Shown here: positions 41,457 through 51,520 of the stretch, piece after piece | Position numbering within the stretch: the first letter of the stretch is position 1 | How the letters are laid out: each line of letters starts with the position of its first letter | NCBI GenBank assembly: GCA_963772455.1 | Contig: CAVYXJ010000021.1 | Location: 9,110-73,109, forward strand | Direction of reading: 5' to 3' | Source of the DNA: Candidatus Bathyarchaeota archaeon | Lineage (GTDB): Archaea > Thermoproteota > Bathyarchaeia > Bathyarchaeales > Bathycorpusculaceae | DNA: 64,000 nt | The notes under the pieces: model-generated | What the model was told of the DNA's origin: nothing | Seen by the model: only the letters and a program-made list of their open reading frames with translations | The model's database searches: none | Program-made: the position numbers and the translations under genes

Positions 41457-42881
41457 ATGAGAATTAGATCACAATTCACAATTACTCTGATAATCTTTAG
41501 CTTCATAGTAATTATTATTGGGGCATCGATGGTATTTACTTCTCAACAAGTAACTAAAACTAGAATGCAGGAAAATCTTGCAACTAGAATAGTACATGCT
41601 TCTAGCGATTTGACTTACCTCTCAAATGATTATGTTTTCTATAAAGGCAGCCAGCAACTTTACCAATGGCAAGCAAGGTATGAATCTTTTTCTAATGACG
41701 TAGAGAGTCTGAGCGTTGATAAACCTGAGCAACAGGCACTTGTACAAAGTGTGGAAACAAACCAGCGTCAAATGAAGATAGTTTTTGATAGCATTGTATC
41801 CAGCGTTGGAACTTCTCAAAATCAGGATGCAAACCAAACTTTATCGAAGCTTCAAGTTTCTTGGAGCCGAATGTCAATTCAAAGCCTAATATTGATAGAT
41901 GATGCTTCAAAATTGGCAGAGTTGCTTGGTGCTCAAGTAGATCAGCTAAATATTGTAAATATAGTGCTTATTTTCTTGATGATAGGAACATTCAGCGTAT
42001 TTCTTGCAGTTATTTATTTTCAAACCTTCAGGCGCACGCTCAAATCAATAAATGAACTGCGAGCCGGAACCGATATTATTGGTTTAGGAAATTTAGATTT
42101 TAAGCTCAAAGATAATAAAAATGATGAAATCAGTGAATTATCCCATGCTTTTAACCAGATGACTACTAACCTTAAGACTGCAAACGGTAAGTTGAAGGAT
42201 TCAGAAAGATTAGCTGCGATTGGTGCCACTGCAGGAATGGTTGGACATGACATCCGCAACCCACTGCAAGCAATAACTAGCGATGTTTATTTAATGAAAA
42301 CAGAATTAGCCGATCTTCCCGAAAGCGAAGAAAAGAAGAATTCAGTTGAAAGCCTTGAAGAAATTGAAAAGAACATTGATTACATCAACAAGATTGTTGC
42401 GGACTTGCAGGATTTCGCTCGGCCACTGAAACCTAACGTAGAAGAAGCTAACTTTAAAACTATATTAGATGAGTTGTTTGAAAGAAGCATATTACCTGAG
42501 AATATTGATGTTACTGTTAAAATTCAACCCGAAACAATGAAGTTGGTTGCTGATTGCAATTATCTAACCCGTATCATGTATAATTTAGTTACTAATGCAG
42601 TTCAAGCAATGCCAAGTGGTGGCAAACTAACTATTCAGGCATACAATGAAGCGAATTATTCCTTTATAACGGTCAATGATACGGGTGTTGGAATTCCTGA
42701 CAGTGTGAAAGAAAAATTATTTACCCCAATGTTCACCACTAAATCAAAAGGGCAAGGCTTCGGATTAGCAGTAATTAAGAGAATGACTGAGGCATTAGGC
42801 GGCACAGTTTCTTTTGAAAGTAAAGAGGGGAAAGGAACAACTTTCATTGTTCGATTGCCTTCCTGCTCAAAGAGTCAATAG
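41457..42881 (+). CDS. Membrane sensor histidine kinase (2 TM, HAMP, HisKA, HATPase)
   Basis: DEISELSHAFNQM, GHDIRNPL, NAVQAM, DTGVGI, GQGFGL. Confidence 0.95.
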   Translation: MRIRSQFTITLIIFSFIVIIIGASMVFTSQQVTKTRMQENLATRIVHASSDLTYLSNDYVFYKGSQQLYQWQARYESFSNDVESLSVDKPEQQALVQSVETNQRQMKIVFDSIVSSVGTSQNQDANQTLSKLQVSWSRMSIQSLILIDDASKLAELLGAQVDQLNIVNIVLIFLMIGTFSVFLAVIYFQTFRRTLKSINELRAGTDIIGLGNLDFKLKDNKNDEISELSHAFNQMTTNLKTANGKLKDSERLAAIGATAGMVGHDIRNPLQAITSDVYLMKTELADLPESEEKKNSVESLEEIEKNIDYINKIVADLQDFARPLKPNVEEANFKTILDELFERSILPENIDVTVKIQPETMKLVADCNYLTRIMYNLVTNAVQAMPSGGKLTIQAYNEANYSFITVNDTGVGIPDSVKEKLFTPMFTTKSKGQGFGLAVIKRMTEALGGTVSFESKEGKGTTFIVRLPSCSKSQ

Positions 42882-42909
42882 CAATCGGAAAAGTGGCCTA
42901 AGACATGAA

Positions 42910-43179
42910 TCAAATTTTATTTATTGCATCTATGACGACTTCTAAGACTTGGTGAGTCAGGTTTTCTTCAGTTAATATTTGTCCACCTAACTTTTTATGT
43001 TCAATTATATGATTTTTTATAGCTTTTTTCATTGCGGATAAATCTGGAAGAACTAAAATTTTAACTCCACATGAACAACAAAAAACAGGCATTTTTCCAT
43101 GAACTTCTTCATTGCGACATTTTGAATTATTAATGCTTTCGTTTGTTGATTTCAATCGATAATAATCGCCCCATACCAT
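42910..43179 (-). CDS. Small CxC...H-x3-H zinc-finger-like protein
   Basis: CSCGVKILVLPDLSAMKKAIKNHIIEH; paralog of 22117-22389. Confidence 0.65.
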   Translation of the reverse strand: MVWGDYYRLKSTNESINNSKCRNEEVHGKMPVFCCSCGVKILVLPDLSAMKKAIKNHIIEHKKLGGQILTEENLTHQVLEVVIDAINKI

Positions 43180-43462
43180 CTAGATTCGTCTATCGCAAGA
43201 TAATGTTTTTTACAACGTTGACTTCGCACATTTTGTAAGCACTACTTCGCAAGGTTGCAAACCAAAGTTAACAAAATTCGTTATTTTCACTTCTTAACAA
43301 GCTTTTTGAACTAATTTGATCTATTAAGAAGCGGTTATTGGTTGTGACCGGTTTATCCCTTTCTCCTTTCCGGAAAAACTCACAAACCTTAACCCCATCA
43401 AAGACACAAAACTCTTAGATCAGTCGTTCGCTCATGTCAGAATAAACACTCAAGCCAAAATC

Positions 43463-43732
43463 CTAAGGCTTCATTTTGATGGTTGCGTTTGAAGGCTTAA
43501 CTTTAAAAAATGTTAGAATCCCAATTCCGCGTTCAGTTATTGAGTAACTTAGATTTGCACCTGTTGTTTCCTCGGATATTATTTTGTTTTTTGATAGAAA
43601 ATCAATTGCGTTCTTTAAAACAACTGGGGGAAGATTTCTTAAAAAAGAATTTATTTGAATGTTCGTCTGAGGGCCATATTCTAGGAGGAACTTGATAATG
43701 TCTATGTAGTCCGTTAGCAAGCTATTTTCCAT
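43463..43732 (-). CDS. Winged-helix protein (HTH_45-like)
   Basis: YIDII..L...L....DFL....I...YSITERG..IL.FF. Confidence 0.7.
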   Translation of the reverse strand: MENSLLTDYIDIIKFLLEYGPQTNIQINSFLRNLPPVVLKNAIDFLSKNKIISEETTGANLSYSITERGIGILTFFKVKPSNATIKMKP

Positions 43733-44405
43733 ATGAATGACTCTAACACCATAAATTACTTGTTGAAAAATATATATCTTACCAAAGATTTAAAAAAAAA
43801 GTTAGACGAAAATATTTGTTATATGTGCAATTTTTATGATGACTTTTCGAGTCAATTGTAATTTTTATGTTTTTCTGAATCCTTATCTTTTTTGAACTTG
43901 ACATCAATCGTATCCTTTCAACTAAAGAATTAACTAAGATCTAAGTAATAGTCTCAAAATTAGACTGTCAAGCTATAAAAAAGAAGTTAACTTTAAATTA
44001 CCAACCATCTGGGTTGATTCGTGTAAGTATTTGAGCCAAGGTGACATAATCAAAATCTGAACTATCTAACATTTCACTAAAGATATCTTCAACCAAATTC
44101 ATCCCTCATCAAACAATTCCTTTTTTGTTCGTGTATCCTCAGAAGATAATGCCTTCTCAAGACTTAAGAAGCATATTCCAAAAATCGAAATATATCAAAA
44201 ATCCTAATTTCTTTTGCTAACGAAATTTGGCGTTCACTCTTTTTGTTTCGGATGTTGATTTACTATTTCCAATATTCGATTTTGAAGTTCATCAACATCA
44301 TTTATTCCACCAATTCTATAGAGAAGGAACGATATATTTCGAACTAAACTATTCTTGAAAGCATGAAGCTTATATTTGCAGATTACAAAAGTAATGTGAT
44401 TAGAC

Positions 44406-44783
44406 ATGTGTCCCTTTCAAATAGAAAAGTGCCAAGTAGTTTGGTCAAAAGATTCTGCCTCAGAAAAAGATAGGCAATCAATAATCAAAGAATTAAAAGA
44501 GATGTCTTTTGAAATCCAAGAAGCGATTAATTTCACTAAAGAATTGAGTGAAGTCAAAATGAATGAGGTCAAGTTTTGGCTTAGTACAGAGGGTGAAACG
44601 GGCTATACTTTAGCGATTTATTATGATGTTCATGCCAGAGCATGGGGTATGATGCTTGAGGAAAATGAAACAAAAAATATTTCCCCTAAAGTCGTGGGCG
44701 AAATTGCCTGCACAGATCCCATGACTTTAAGCTTTATTGAGCCTAAAAATATTCTTAAAACTGAAAATCTTTCCCAACTTTAG
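44406..44783 (+). CDS. Hypothetical protein
   Basis: 125-aa acidic ORF. Confidence 0.55.
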   Translation: MCPFQIEKCQVVWSKDSASEKDRQSIIKELKEMSFEIQEAINFTKELSEVKMNEVKFWLSTEGETGYTLAIYYDVHARAWGMMLEENETKNISPKVVGEIACTDPMTLSFIEPKNILKTENLSQL

Positions 44784-44788
44784 ATAAA

Positions 44789-44950
44789 TTATTTTATTGA
44801 ATCTCGTTGAGAGGCTGTCTTGGAATTTTCTGGTTTTCTACAGGGACAATACATGCTATGGTTGGATTGTTTATGCTTCAATTTTCCCTCTTCCAAGAAT
44901 AGCAAATGTCCACAGTTCTTGCATCTTGGTTGACTGTCAACTTTTCCCAT
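44789..44950 (-). CDS. Unannotated 53-aa Cys/His microprotein
   Basis: MGKVDSQPRCKNCGHLLFLEEGKLKHKQSNHSMYCPCRKPENSKTASQRDSIK. Confidence 0.55.
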   Translation of the reverse strand: MGKVDSQPRCKNCGHLLFLEEGKLKHKQSNHSMYCPCRKPENSKTASQRDSIK

Positions 44951-45027
44951 ACAACAATTTTAGGAACCCAGTGGTCTTTATTCTTTTGTACGAGCGCGCG
45001 TGATTGTGGCTTAATTTACATTGGTTC

Positions 45028-45258
45028 TTAGGCTTTCTTTATTTGCCCATGGCTTTTTTCCATATGTGAATCAAGGTCAGCTTTTGTGTTGAAGGATTTT
45101 CCGCAAACAGGACAAATAAAAGTCACTATCTCCTCCTTCTCGATCGGTTCATGATTAGGTAAAGGGTTTTTTACGTCGGGGGAGGGTGGGATAAGCTCAT
45201 TTGTTTCTGGAGGTATTTCCGATGGTTGTTTAACGTATGGTAAGTCTGATTCAGTCAT
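45028..45258 (-). CDS. C2H2 zinc-finger protein with Pro-rich N-terminus
   Basis: FICPVCGKSFNTKADLDSHMEKSH. Confidence 0.8.
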   Translation of the reverse strand: MTESDLPYVKQPSEIPPETNELIPPSPDVKNPLPNHEPIEKEEIVTFICPVCGKSFNTKADLDSHMEKSHGQIKKA

Positions 45259-45690
45259 ATTAAATCACTAAATAGTCTTAAAATATTGTTTATGGAAATT
45301 TTATTGTAAACGCAGGAACCTTTTTTTGATTCGCCTATCTCGTTCACTTCTTTCAAGGCTCACAAATAGACTCATCACAAATGAATTTAGATTCCATTTA
45401 ACTTTTTTAAAAAAACTCATAAAAATTCTAAACCTTCTTTTAATATCTATAGGAGGTTAATTGTATATAAGAAAATGTGGTTGTTGGAATGTTGCAACAA
45501 TGTTGAAGGGATTCCTAATGCCCTCTGCACTCTCAAAGGACAATGTCTTTGGAACATAGTTGTCCTTTTCTCTCTGAGTATTTTTCTAAATTCCCGTGCT
45601 TTCTCCATCGCTGACAAATGTACTCTATTGAGAAAGTCGTGTATGGCAAAGTTTTTAATACTCCATAACATTTACACACTTAAACACATA

Positions 45691-45702
45691 TGCTTATAAG
45701 CA
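45691..45702. promoter_or_regulatory. Perfect palindrome upstream of the TATA box of the RHH-tfb unit
   Basis: TGCTTATAAGCA; TTTATATAAA at ~45719-45728. Confidence 0.4.
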
Positions 45703-45772
45703 CGTATGCACCTATATGTTTATATAAATAAACAATCTCAAGCGAGCAAAAATAGTAAAAAAGTGACTAAAA

Positions 45773-45916
45773 ATGGGCCGAATTAACGTTGACATCTCAG
45801 ATGAATTAGAAAAACAGCTAAGATTAAAAACTGTGGAGAAATTCGGCGGCAAAAAAGGCGACTTATCCAAAGCAGTTCAAGAAGCAGTAAGAACATGGAT
45901 CAACATAAAACAGTAA
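45773..45916 (+). CDS. Ribbon-helix-helix (CopG/Arc-like) microprotein
   Basis: MGRINVDISDELEKQLR...GDLSKAVQEAVRTWI (beta strand, helix, helix). Confidence 0.75.
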   Translation: MGRINVDISDELEKQLRLKTVEKFGGKKGDLSKAVQEAVRTWINIKQ

Positions 45917-46147
45917 AGTCGGCCTCCGCAAAATACTATTAACTATTTTATAAGAAGCCTATGTAAAAGGCGAGGGCAAGCCAGTTAGCCTGGAACATCT
46001 TCGTATGAGGGTTATGGGCAATCTAGCTGGAAAGTTCCCTTTGCAAAATAGTTCAAAACAAAGCAACAACTCTATTGTTAGCTATCTCAGATAGAAAATT
46101 CAAGAATGTTCTCACAAATTAAAATTAATTGAAAGGAGCCAAAAAAA

Positions 46148-47122
46148 ATGAGTACAACCCAAATGAGCATAACTAAAAAAGTCCCAATAATTAACTCACA
46201 CTTAGTTGATAAGTGCCCAGAATGTTCAAGCAATAATCTAGTTCACGACAACGACACAGGCGAAACCATCTGCGGTGACTGCGGCTTAGTTGTCTACGAA
46301 CAAATGATGGATAAAGGTCCAGAGTGGCGCGCTTTTACTTCAGAAGAAAAAGCATCAAGAAGCCGCGTTGGCATGCCTCTATCATATTCGATTCATGATA
46401 AAGGATTATCTACAGTCATAAGCCAAGTTGACAGAGATGCATTTGGAAGAAAATTGCCAATGTCCACTAAATTGCAGATGTGGCGTCTTAGGAAATGGCA
46501 AATACGCAGTCGAGTACACTCATCCGTTGATCGAAACCTAGCACAAGCAATGGCAGAACTTGAACGTTTATCCAGTATGGTTTCTATCTCACCGTCAATA
46601 AAAGAAAAAGCTGCCGTCGCTTACAGAAAAGCACTTGAAAAAGGCTTAGTCCGGGGAAGATCAATCAACGCCATCACCGCAGCGGCACTTTATGCTGCCT
46701 GCCGAAAAAGCGGGTCACCCAGAACCCTTAGCGAAATTGCTAAAGCAAGTCTTGTCAATAAGAAAGACGTTGCAAGGTGTTATAGGCTAATGTTACAAGA
46801 GCTTGATTTTCACATGCCAATTTCTGATCCCCTAACATACGTTTCAAAAATTGCAGAAAAAACTGGAATCTCGGGCAAAACACAAGGCGCAGCAATAGCG
46901 ATACTCAGGGAGGCTAGAGAAAAACGATTTTCAGCAGGAAAAGACCCAATGGGCTTAGCTGCAGCCGCACTATATATCGCATGCTTGCAGAACGCCGAAA
47001 AAAACACACAAAAAGACATCTCCGAAGCAGCCGGAGTTACCGAAGTTACAGTTAGAAACAGGTACAAGACTCTAATAAAGCAGCTTCACATAGAAACACC
47101 CGACCGAAAAACTTGTTTCTAG
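46148..47122 (+). CDS. tfb: Transcription initiation factor IIB
   Basis: CPEC...C.DCG zinc ribbon, GPEWRAF, GRS, GKDP.G.AAAA.Y, VTEVTVRNRYK. Confidence 0.97.
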   Translation: MSTTQMSITKKVPIINSHLVDKCPECSSNNLVHDNDTGETICGDCGLVVYEQMMDKGPEWRAFTSEEKASRSRVGMPLSYSIHDKGLSTVISQVDRDAFGRKLPMSTKLQMWRLRKWQIRSRVHSSVDRNLAQAMAELERLSSMVSISPSIKEKAAVAYRKALEKGLVRGRSINAITAAALYAACRKSGSPRTLSEIAKASLVNKKDVARCYRLMLQELDFHMPISDPLTYVSKIAEKTGISGKTQGAAIAILREAREKRFSAGKDPMGLAAAALYIACLQNAEKNTQKDISEAAGVTEVTVRNRYKTLIKQLHIETPDRKTCF

Positions 47123-47166
47123 TTTCTTTGCTATTTAGTATTATTAATAATGGATAATTCCTAAAC

Positions 47167-48297
47167 CTATGGAATAATTTCGCAGCCATTGTATTTCAAG
47201 TAGTCGAAGTCTTCAAGCTTGATTTGGTTATTCTTTATTAGTTTTTGAATTCTTGGAACTTCATTTTTAACCGTTTCGATAAGTTGCTCAATTGTAAAAC
47301 AGACTTTCCCATAGGCTTCATCATTCCACCTCTTAGTTATGTTGGTGTACAGGCATCTGCCGCCGCAAATTCCAAGAATGGAACATTGTGAACATGGTTT
47401 TTCGTTTACAAACATCTGCTTTAATTTAGTTGGGTCAGCATCTTTGATATGACCTAAATAATATTCTTTCATACCCCACATTGTTGGACAAGGAATAATG
47501 TAACCATCAGTTTGAATAGCATAGTTAATCCAACCGCCTCCACAGCGCATAAGGCAATTTTTATCTTCACGCAAAAGCGATTCTGCAATGCCCAACAATG
47601 GATAAAGCTTCAAGACCACTCCTTTCTGCTGCATCTGATCTACCCAAAACCGCGCTAGTTCACGCACACCCGGAATGTAGTTTGTTTTTGTCCATTCTTC
47701 AAAATTACGTCTCTGGTAATCATTTCCCCAAAAGCCAGCGTTGAGTTGCCAATGTATCGAAGAAAAAGAAAACTCATCATTATCAAGCAACCATCGAACT
47801 TGCTTGTAGATGTCTGTTTGCTCCATTATTGTCATCCTAGCGATTAGTTCACCAGCAAAACCATTTTTCCTAATTAATTTCAAGTTTTCAACAACTTTAC
47901 TGAAAGTGCCCTTGCCACGATAATAATCCGTTAACTCTTCTTGCCCATCAATAGAAACAAGAATCGTGTGGAAACGGTTAACGTATTTTGGCTCTAACTT
48001 ATCGAGGAGTAAGCCGTTTGTTTGTATCATATAGTGTTTCGGCTCAACTTTATCCATAATTTGCCTGAGTTTATCTATCCCAAGCAATGGTTCACCGCCA
48101 TAGAAGGTTAAAACGCATTCAGGATCTTTTCGGCAAAAGTCTTTGAGCAAATCCAAATCATAATTAAGTTTACGAGGTAAATCGTAGTCAACTTCTATGT
48201 CGTCGCCGAAGTCTTCATCGAAATCGTCAAGGCTTTCTCCAAAGCAGTATTTACATTGCAGGTTACAGTCACTTGTGAGTATGACATGGAAGAACAT
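47167..48297 (-). CDS. Radical SAM/SPASM protein (AF0577/TIGR04084-like)
   Basis: CNLQCKYC, FYGGEP, QTNG, CGGG...PCP, C..C.....CGGRC. Confidence 0.85.
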   Translation of the reverse strand: MFFHVILTSDCNLQCKYCFGESLDDFDEDFGDDIEVDYDLPRKLNYDLDLLKDFCRKDPECVLTFYGGEPLLGIDKLRQIMDKVEPKHYMIQTNGLLLDKLEPKYVNRFHTILVSIDGQEELTDYYRGKGTFSKVVENLKLIRKNGFAGELIARMTIMEQTDIYKQVRWLLDNDEFSFSSIHWQLNAGFWGNDYQRRNFEEWTKTNYIPGVRELARFWVDQMQQKGVVLKLYPLLGIAESLLREDKNCLMRCGGGWINYAIQTDGYIIPCPTMWGMKEYYLGHIKDADPTKLKQMFVNEKPCSQCSILGICGGRCLYTNITKRWNDEAYGKVCFTIEQLIETVKNEVPRIQKLIKNNQIKLEDFDYLKYNGCEIIP

Positions 48298-48484
48298 GGT
48301 TTAGTAGTGGCTGAGTCCAAACTAATAGTATTTTTCCTTGACATTCTGTCTTCCCGATAATGAGACTTTTAAAAATGCAATTTGATCGTAAATATGTCAT
48401 TTAAAAAAAATATTTTATGATATATTCCTATTCTTGCAATTTTATTTATAAGAGTAATTGCGGAGTCTTTTTTAGCAAAAATGT

Positions 48485-48748
48485 TTGGATTATTTGGTGC
48501 GCGCTTTGGCAGGTCTATCTAAGAATCAAAAGAGGATTTTAGAAATGTTAGAGATAAAGCCGGATATGACCACAAAGGAAATCGCTGAGATGATTTTTGG
48601 AAAGATCGTTGAATATAAATCAAAAGAATATGCTTCAGTGCACCGAAGTCTAATTTCATTGGAAAAACAAGGCTCGATAACAAGAGTGCAGGTTCAGCTT
48701 CATTGGCAGAAAACAAATAAAAATGAAAATATTCAGGTAAGACATTAA
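48485..48748 (+). CDS. Small winged-helix regulator
   Basis: LS..QKRIL...TTKEIAE...SVHRSL.SLEKQG. Confidence 0.7.
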   Translation: MDYLVRALAGLSKNQKRILEMLEIKPDMTTKEIAEMIFGKIVEYKSKEYASVHRSLISLEKQGSITRVQVQLHWQKTNKNENIQVRH

Positions 48749-48787
48749 TGTCGAAAACAAGATACTTGGCTTAACAATGTTCCTTTT

Positions 48788-50134
48788 TTAATAGTATTTT
48801 TCAGCCAGTTTTCTTGCTTCAATCTCTTCCGGAGTCTCTCGCCGCCTCAACTTCCTCTTCAACTTTGTCATCATTATTATTCGCTGGTATCTCTTTTTCC
48901 TTCTGGACTTTCTTTAGGGCTTTGTTAACGTAGTTAAAAAGTTCTCTACTCTTCATAAGTTTATCAGAAAGAGATTCAGGGGCATAAAGCAAAGGCAAGG
49001 TAGCTATGAACAGAAAGAAACTTGCTAAAGAAAAAGAAGTCTGTATTGGGATTGATTTAGCAATAGGTGTGATTGAAACTTGAATTAAACCTGAAAGTAG
49101 AAATGGCAGCCCACCCAAAAAATAATACTTTGCACGGTTGCCCACATTAGAGAGATCTCCCCAAACCACAAAAATGAAATTTACATATAGAAAACCCCAA
49201 GCTAAACCATCAAAGATTGTAAAAAGAACTATTCCAATAATCTTTACCGCGGGATCAGATAAGAAACTTAGAAATGCATATCCAACTCCCAACAAAACAA
49301 ACCCAATAATACCAGTGACTTTTCTACCTTTGAAGTCACAAAGAAATCCTGCCCCAATTGCCGAGAAACAATTTATTATGAAAGTGATCAAAACATAGTT
49401 GCTGTAAATATCTGGACCCATGTGATATTCAACTATGGGAGTTTGAATAAAATTTATCAATGTAAACATGAACCATGGCAAAAAATAAAGAATAAAAGTT
49501 CGATCTTTTAAGATTTTAAGAAGCGGTGTATCCTTTTCTTGATTATTACTCTTGTTTTCTATTAGAAAAATTATGCCGACGAGCCCCAGAATTCTCCATA
49601 TGGAAAAGAATAGAAATTTATTTTCTATAGTCCTAGTCCATCTAAAGGAAATAAAATTACAGCAGTCATTATTTGAATAATGACAAATAATATAGCTCCA
49701 GTTCTACCCATTTTTTCGTTTTTTGTTTGATTTGCAAACATAGAAAGACACATTGGAATTCCTAAACCGACTGATCCTCCCAAAAATAAAGAGAGTAGAC
49801 CGAGGGGAATCAACGGTGCTTGAAATCCTAAAAAGTAGAAACAGAGACTTGAGGCTGTTCCGAAGAGTATCCATAAAGAAACAAAGTCTTCTTTGTCTCA
49901 TTTTCTGAGCCAGTAAAGTTGCTCCAATTAATGCTGAGAATAACATACCTGTAAAAAATGATCCTGAAACAGACAGAATTCTTTCAAGCTGTATATGTTC
50001 TTGGTCAAGGACTGAGAGACTTAAGACTGTAACCATGGTTAAAGCTGAACCATGATATGCTATTTGCAACTATGAATAGTGGCAGAATCGCTTTCAGTCT
50101 TGCTTTCAGCATCTTGTTTCTGAATATACTGCAT
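48788..50134 (-). CDS. MFS-like membrane protein (several frameshifts)
   Basis: Fragments 49704-50069, 49625-49813, 48819-49481; GFLCDFKGRK motif A; reconstructed end EARKLAEKYY*. Confidence 0.7.
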
Positions 50135-50337
50135 TTCACGTATATATACTAACTTTATGAATTTATAGTATAATTTTTTGATTCATAAAGGCATATTTTT
50201 TGAAGATATTGTGTATAACTGTTCTACACAAAGCTTAAATTGAGTTGTTCTACAAATATACATTTAGGTGTGGAGAATGAAGAAGGCAACGAAAAAGGAA
50301 TTGAGGAAACCAGTAACATTCAATTGGTAAGTTATCC

Positions 50338-51331
50338 TCAGAGATCCTCCAACATTGAGGCGATAACAAGCTTTAGAGAGCGTCTTTCTTTTTTCGCTCT
50401 TAAGTTTATAGAGAGCTTGTATCGCTTCTTTTTCTACATTTTTTAAATAGTTCAATAGTACCGGCAGAGTTTCTGTTTCTTGAATAATTTGAAGAAGTTC
50501 ACGGGAATCATTTACATCAATTTTGTCTTTGGACAATAGTCTGCGGATCTTTAGTGAATATTTCTTGTTCTGGAGAGCATAGAGCAGTTGAAGGGGCAAA
50601 GATCCGTTCTTTATCCTATCTGACAACTCATCTGGCTCAAAAAGATCAGCAAACTCGGCTCTTATAGCCAATAAAATACCTAAATTCCGCCCATAAACTC
50701 CAATAGCTTCTACTTCTTCCTCAGATCCGCCGCTATAGATTGCACCAATTTTCATTCGCCCTTCAATCTCTGCAGCTTTCTTAGTCAAAATTTGAAGATA
50801 TGTTTTCGGTTTCACATTCCACCGAACTTTTTTTAGCTGTGCCTCAGAGATATGGGCATTGACAATTTCGACTAGAAAACTATTCATTATTTTCATGATT
50901 AGTTCTTGACGATCGTTTGATAATTTTGAAATGCATTGATGAAGATAGTAGAAGCTTCTAGTCATATACTCATCCCCAACGAGTAAAGTAACTTCTAAAC
51001 CTAATTTGCCATAGGGGGTTTTAACCTTCCTTTTTGAAAGTGATCCATCAATTAAGTCGTCATGAATATCCATAGTTACATCAATAAATAATAGCGCAAC
51101 CTGTAAAGGCACAATATCTTCCAACTTGCCACCAACTGCTTCACCTGCAATTGCAAGCACTCCCGGTCTGGTTGAGTCCTTCCATCTAGAAAGGTATTGT
51201 TCGATTGTTTTATCGATGTTTCGTTTTCCGAAATTATTTTCATTAGCAAGTTGCTTAAAGACAGTCAGAGCCTTTTCGCTTTTTTGGTTGAGAAGTAATA
51301 AAGCTTTTTCAGCTTTGCTCTCTTGAGTCAT
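50338..51331 (-). CDS. Polyprenyl-synthetase-fold protein with degenerate second Asp-rich motif
   Basis: TRP..L..A.EAVGG, HDDLID, LLVGD; SARM position reads IRAEFADL; C-terminal frameshift (true end LVIASMLEDL*). Confidence 0.75.
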
Positions 51332-51520
51332 GCCGGTCTTATTGTTGGTAAATTGATATAATATTTTCGCACCAAGAATGGTTGGAGAAATAAAAAATTA
51401 TTTTTTTACTGAGATTTTGAATTTTTTTTACAAATCTTAGAACTATTTAATCCGCCAACTATCGGAATTATTTGTTGAATACAAAACTCTTAATAGCTAA
51501 ATCTTTAATCAGAAGGTTTC

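Noticed and set aside
45447-45699. Opposing 74-aa ORFs upstream of the RHH gene
   Set aside because: No recognisable motif; cannot tell which, if either, is real
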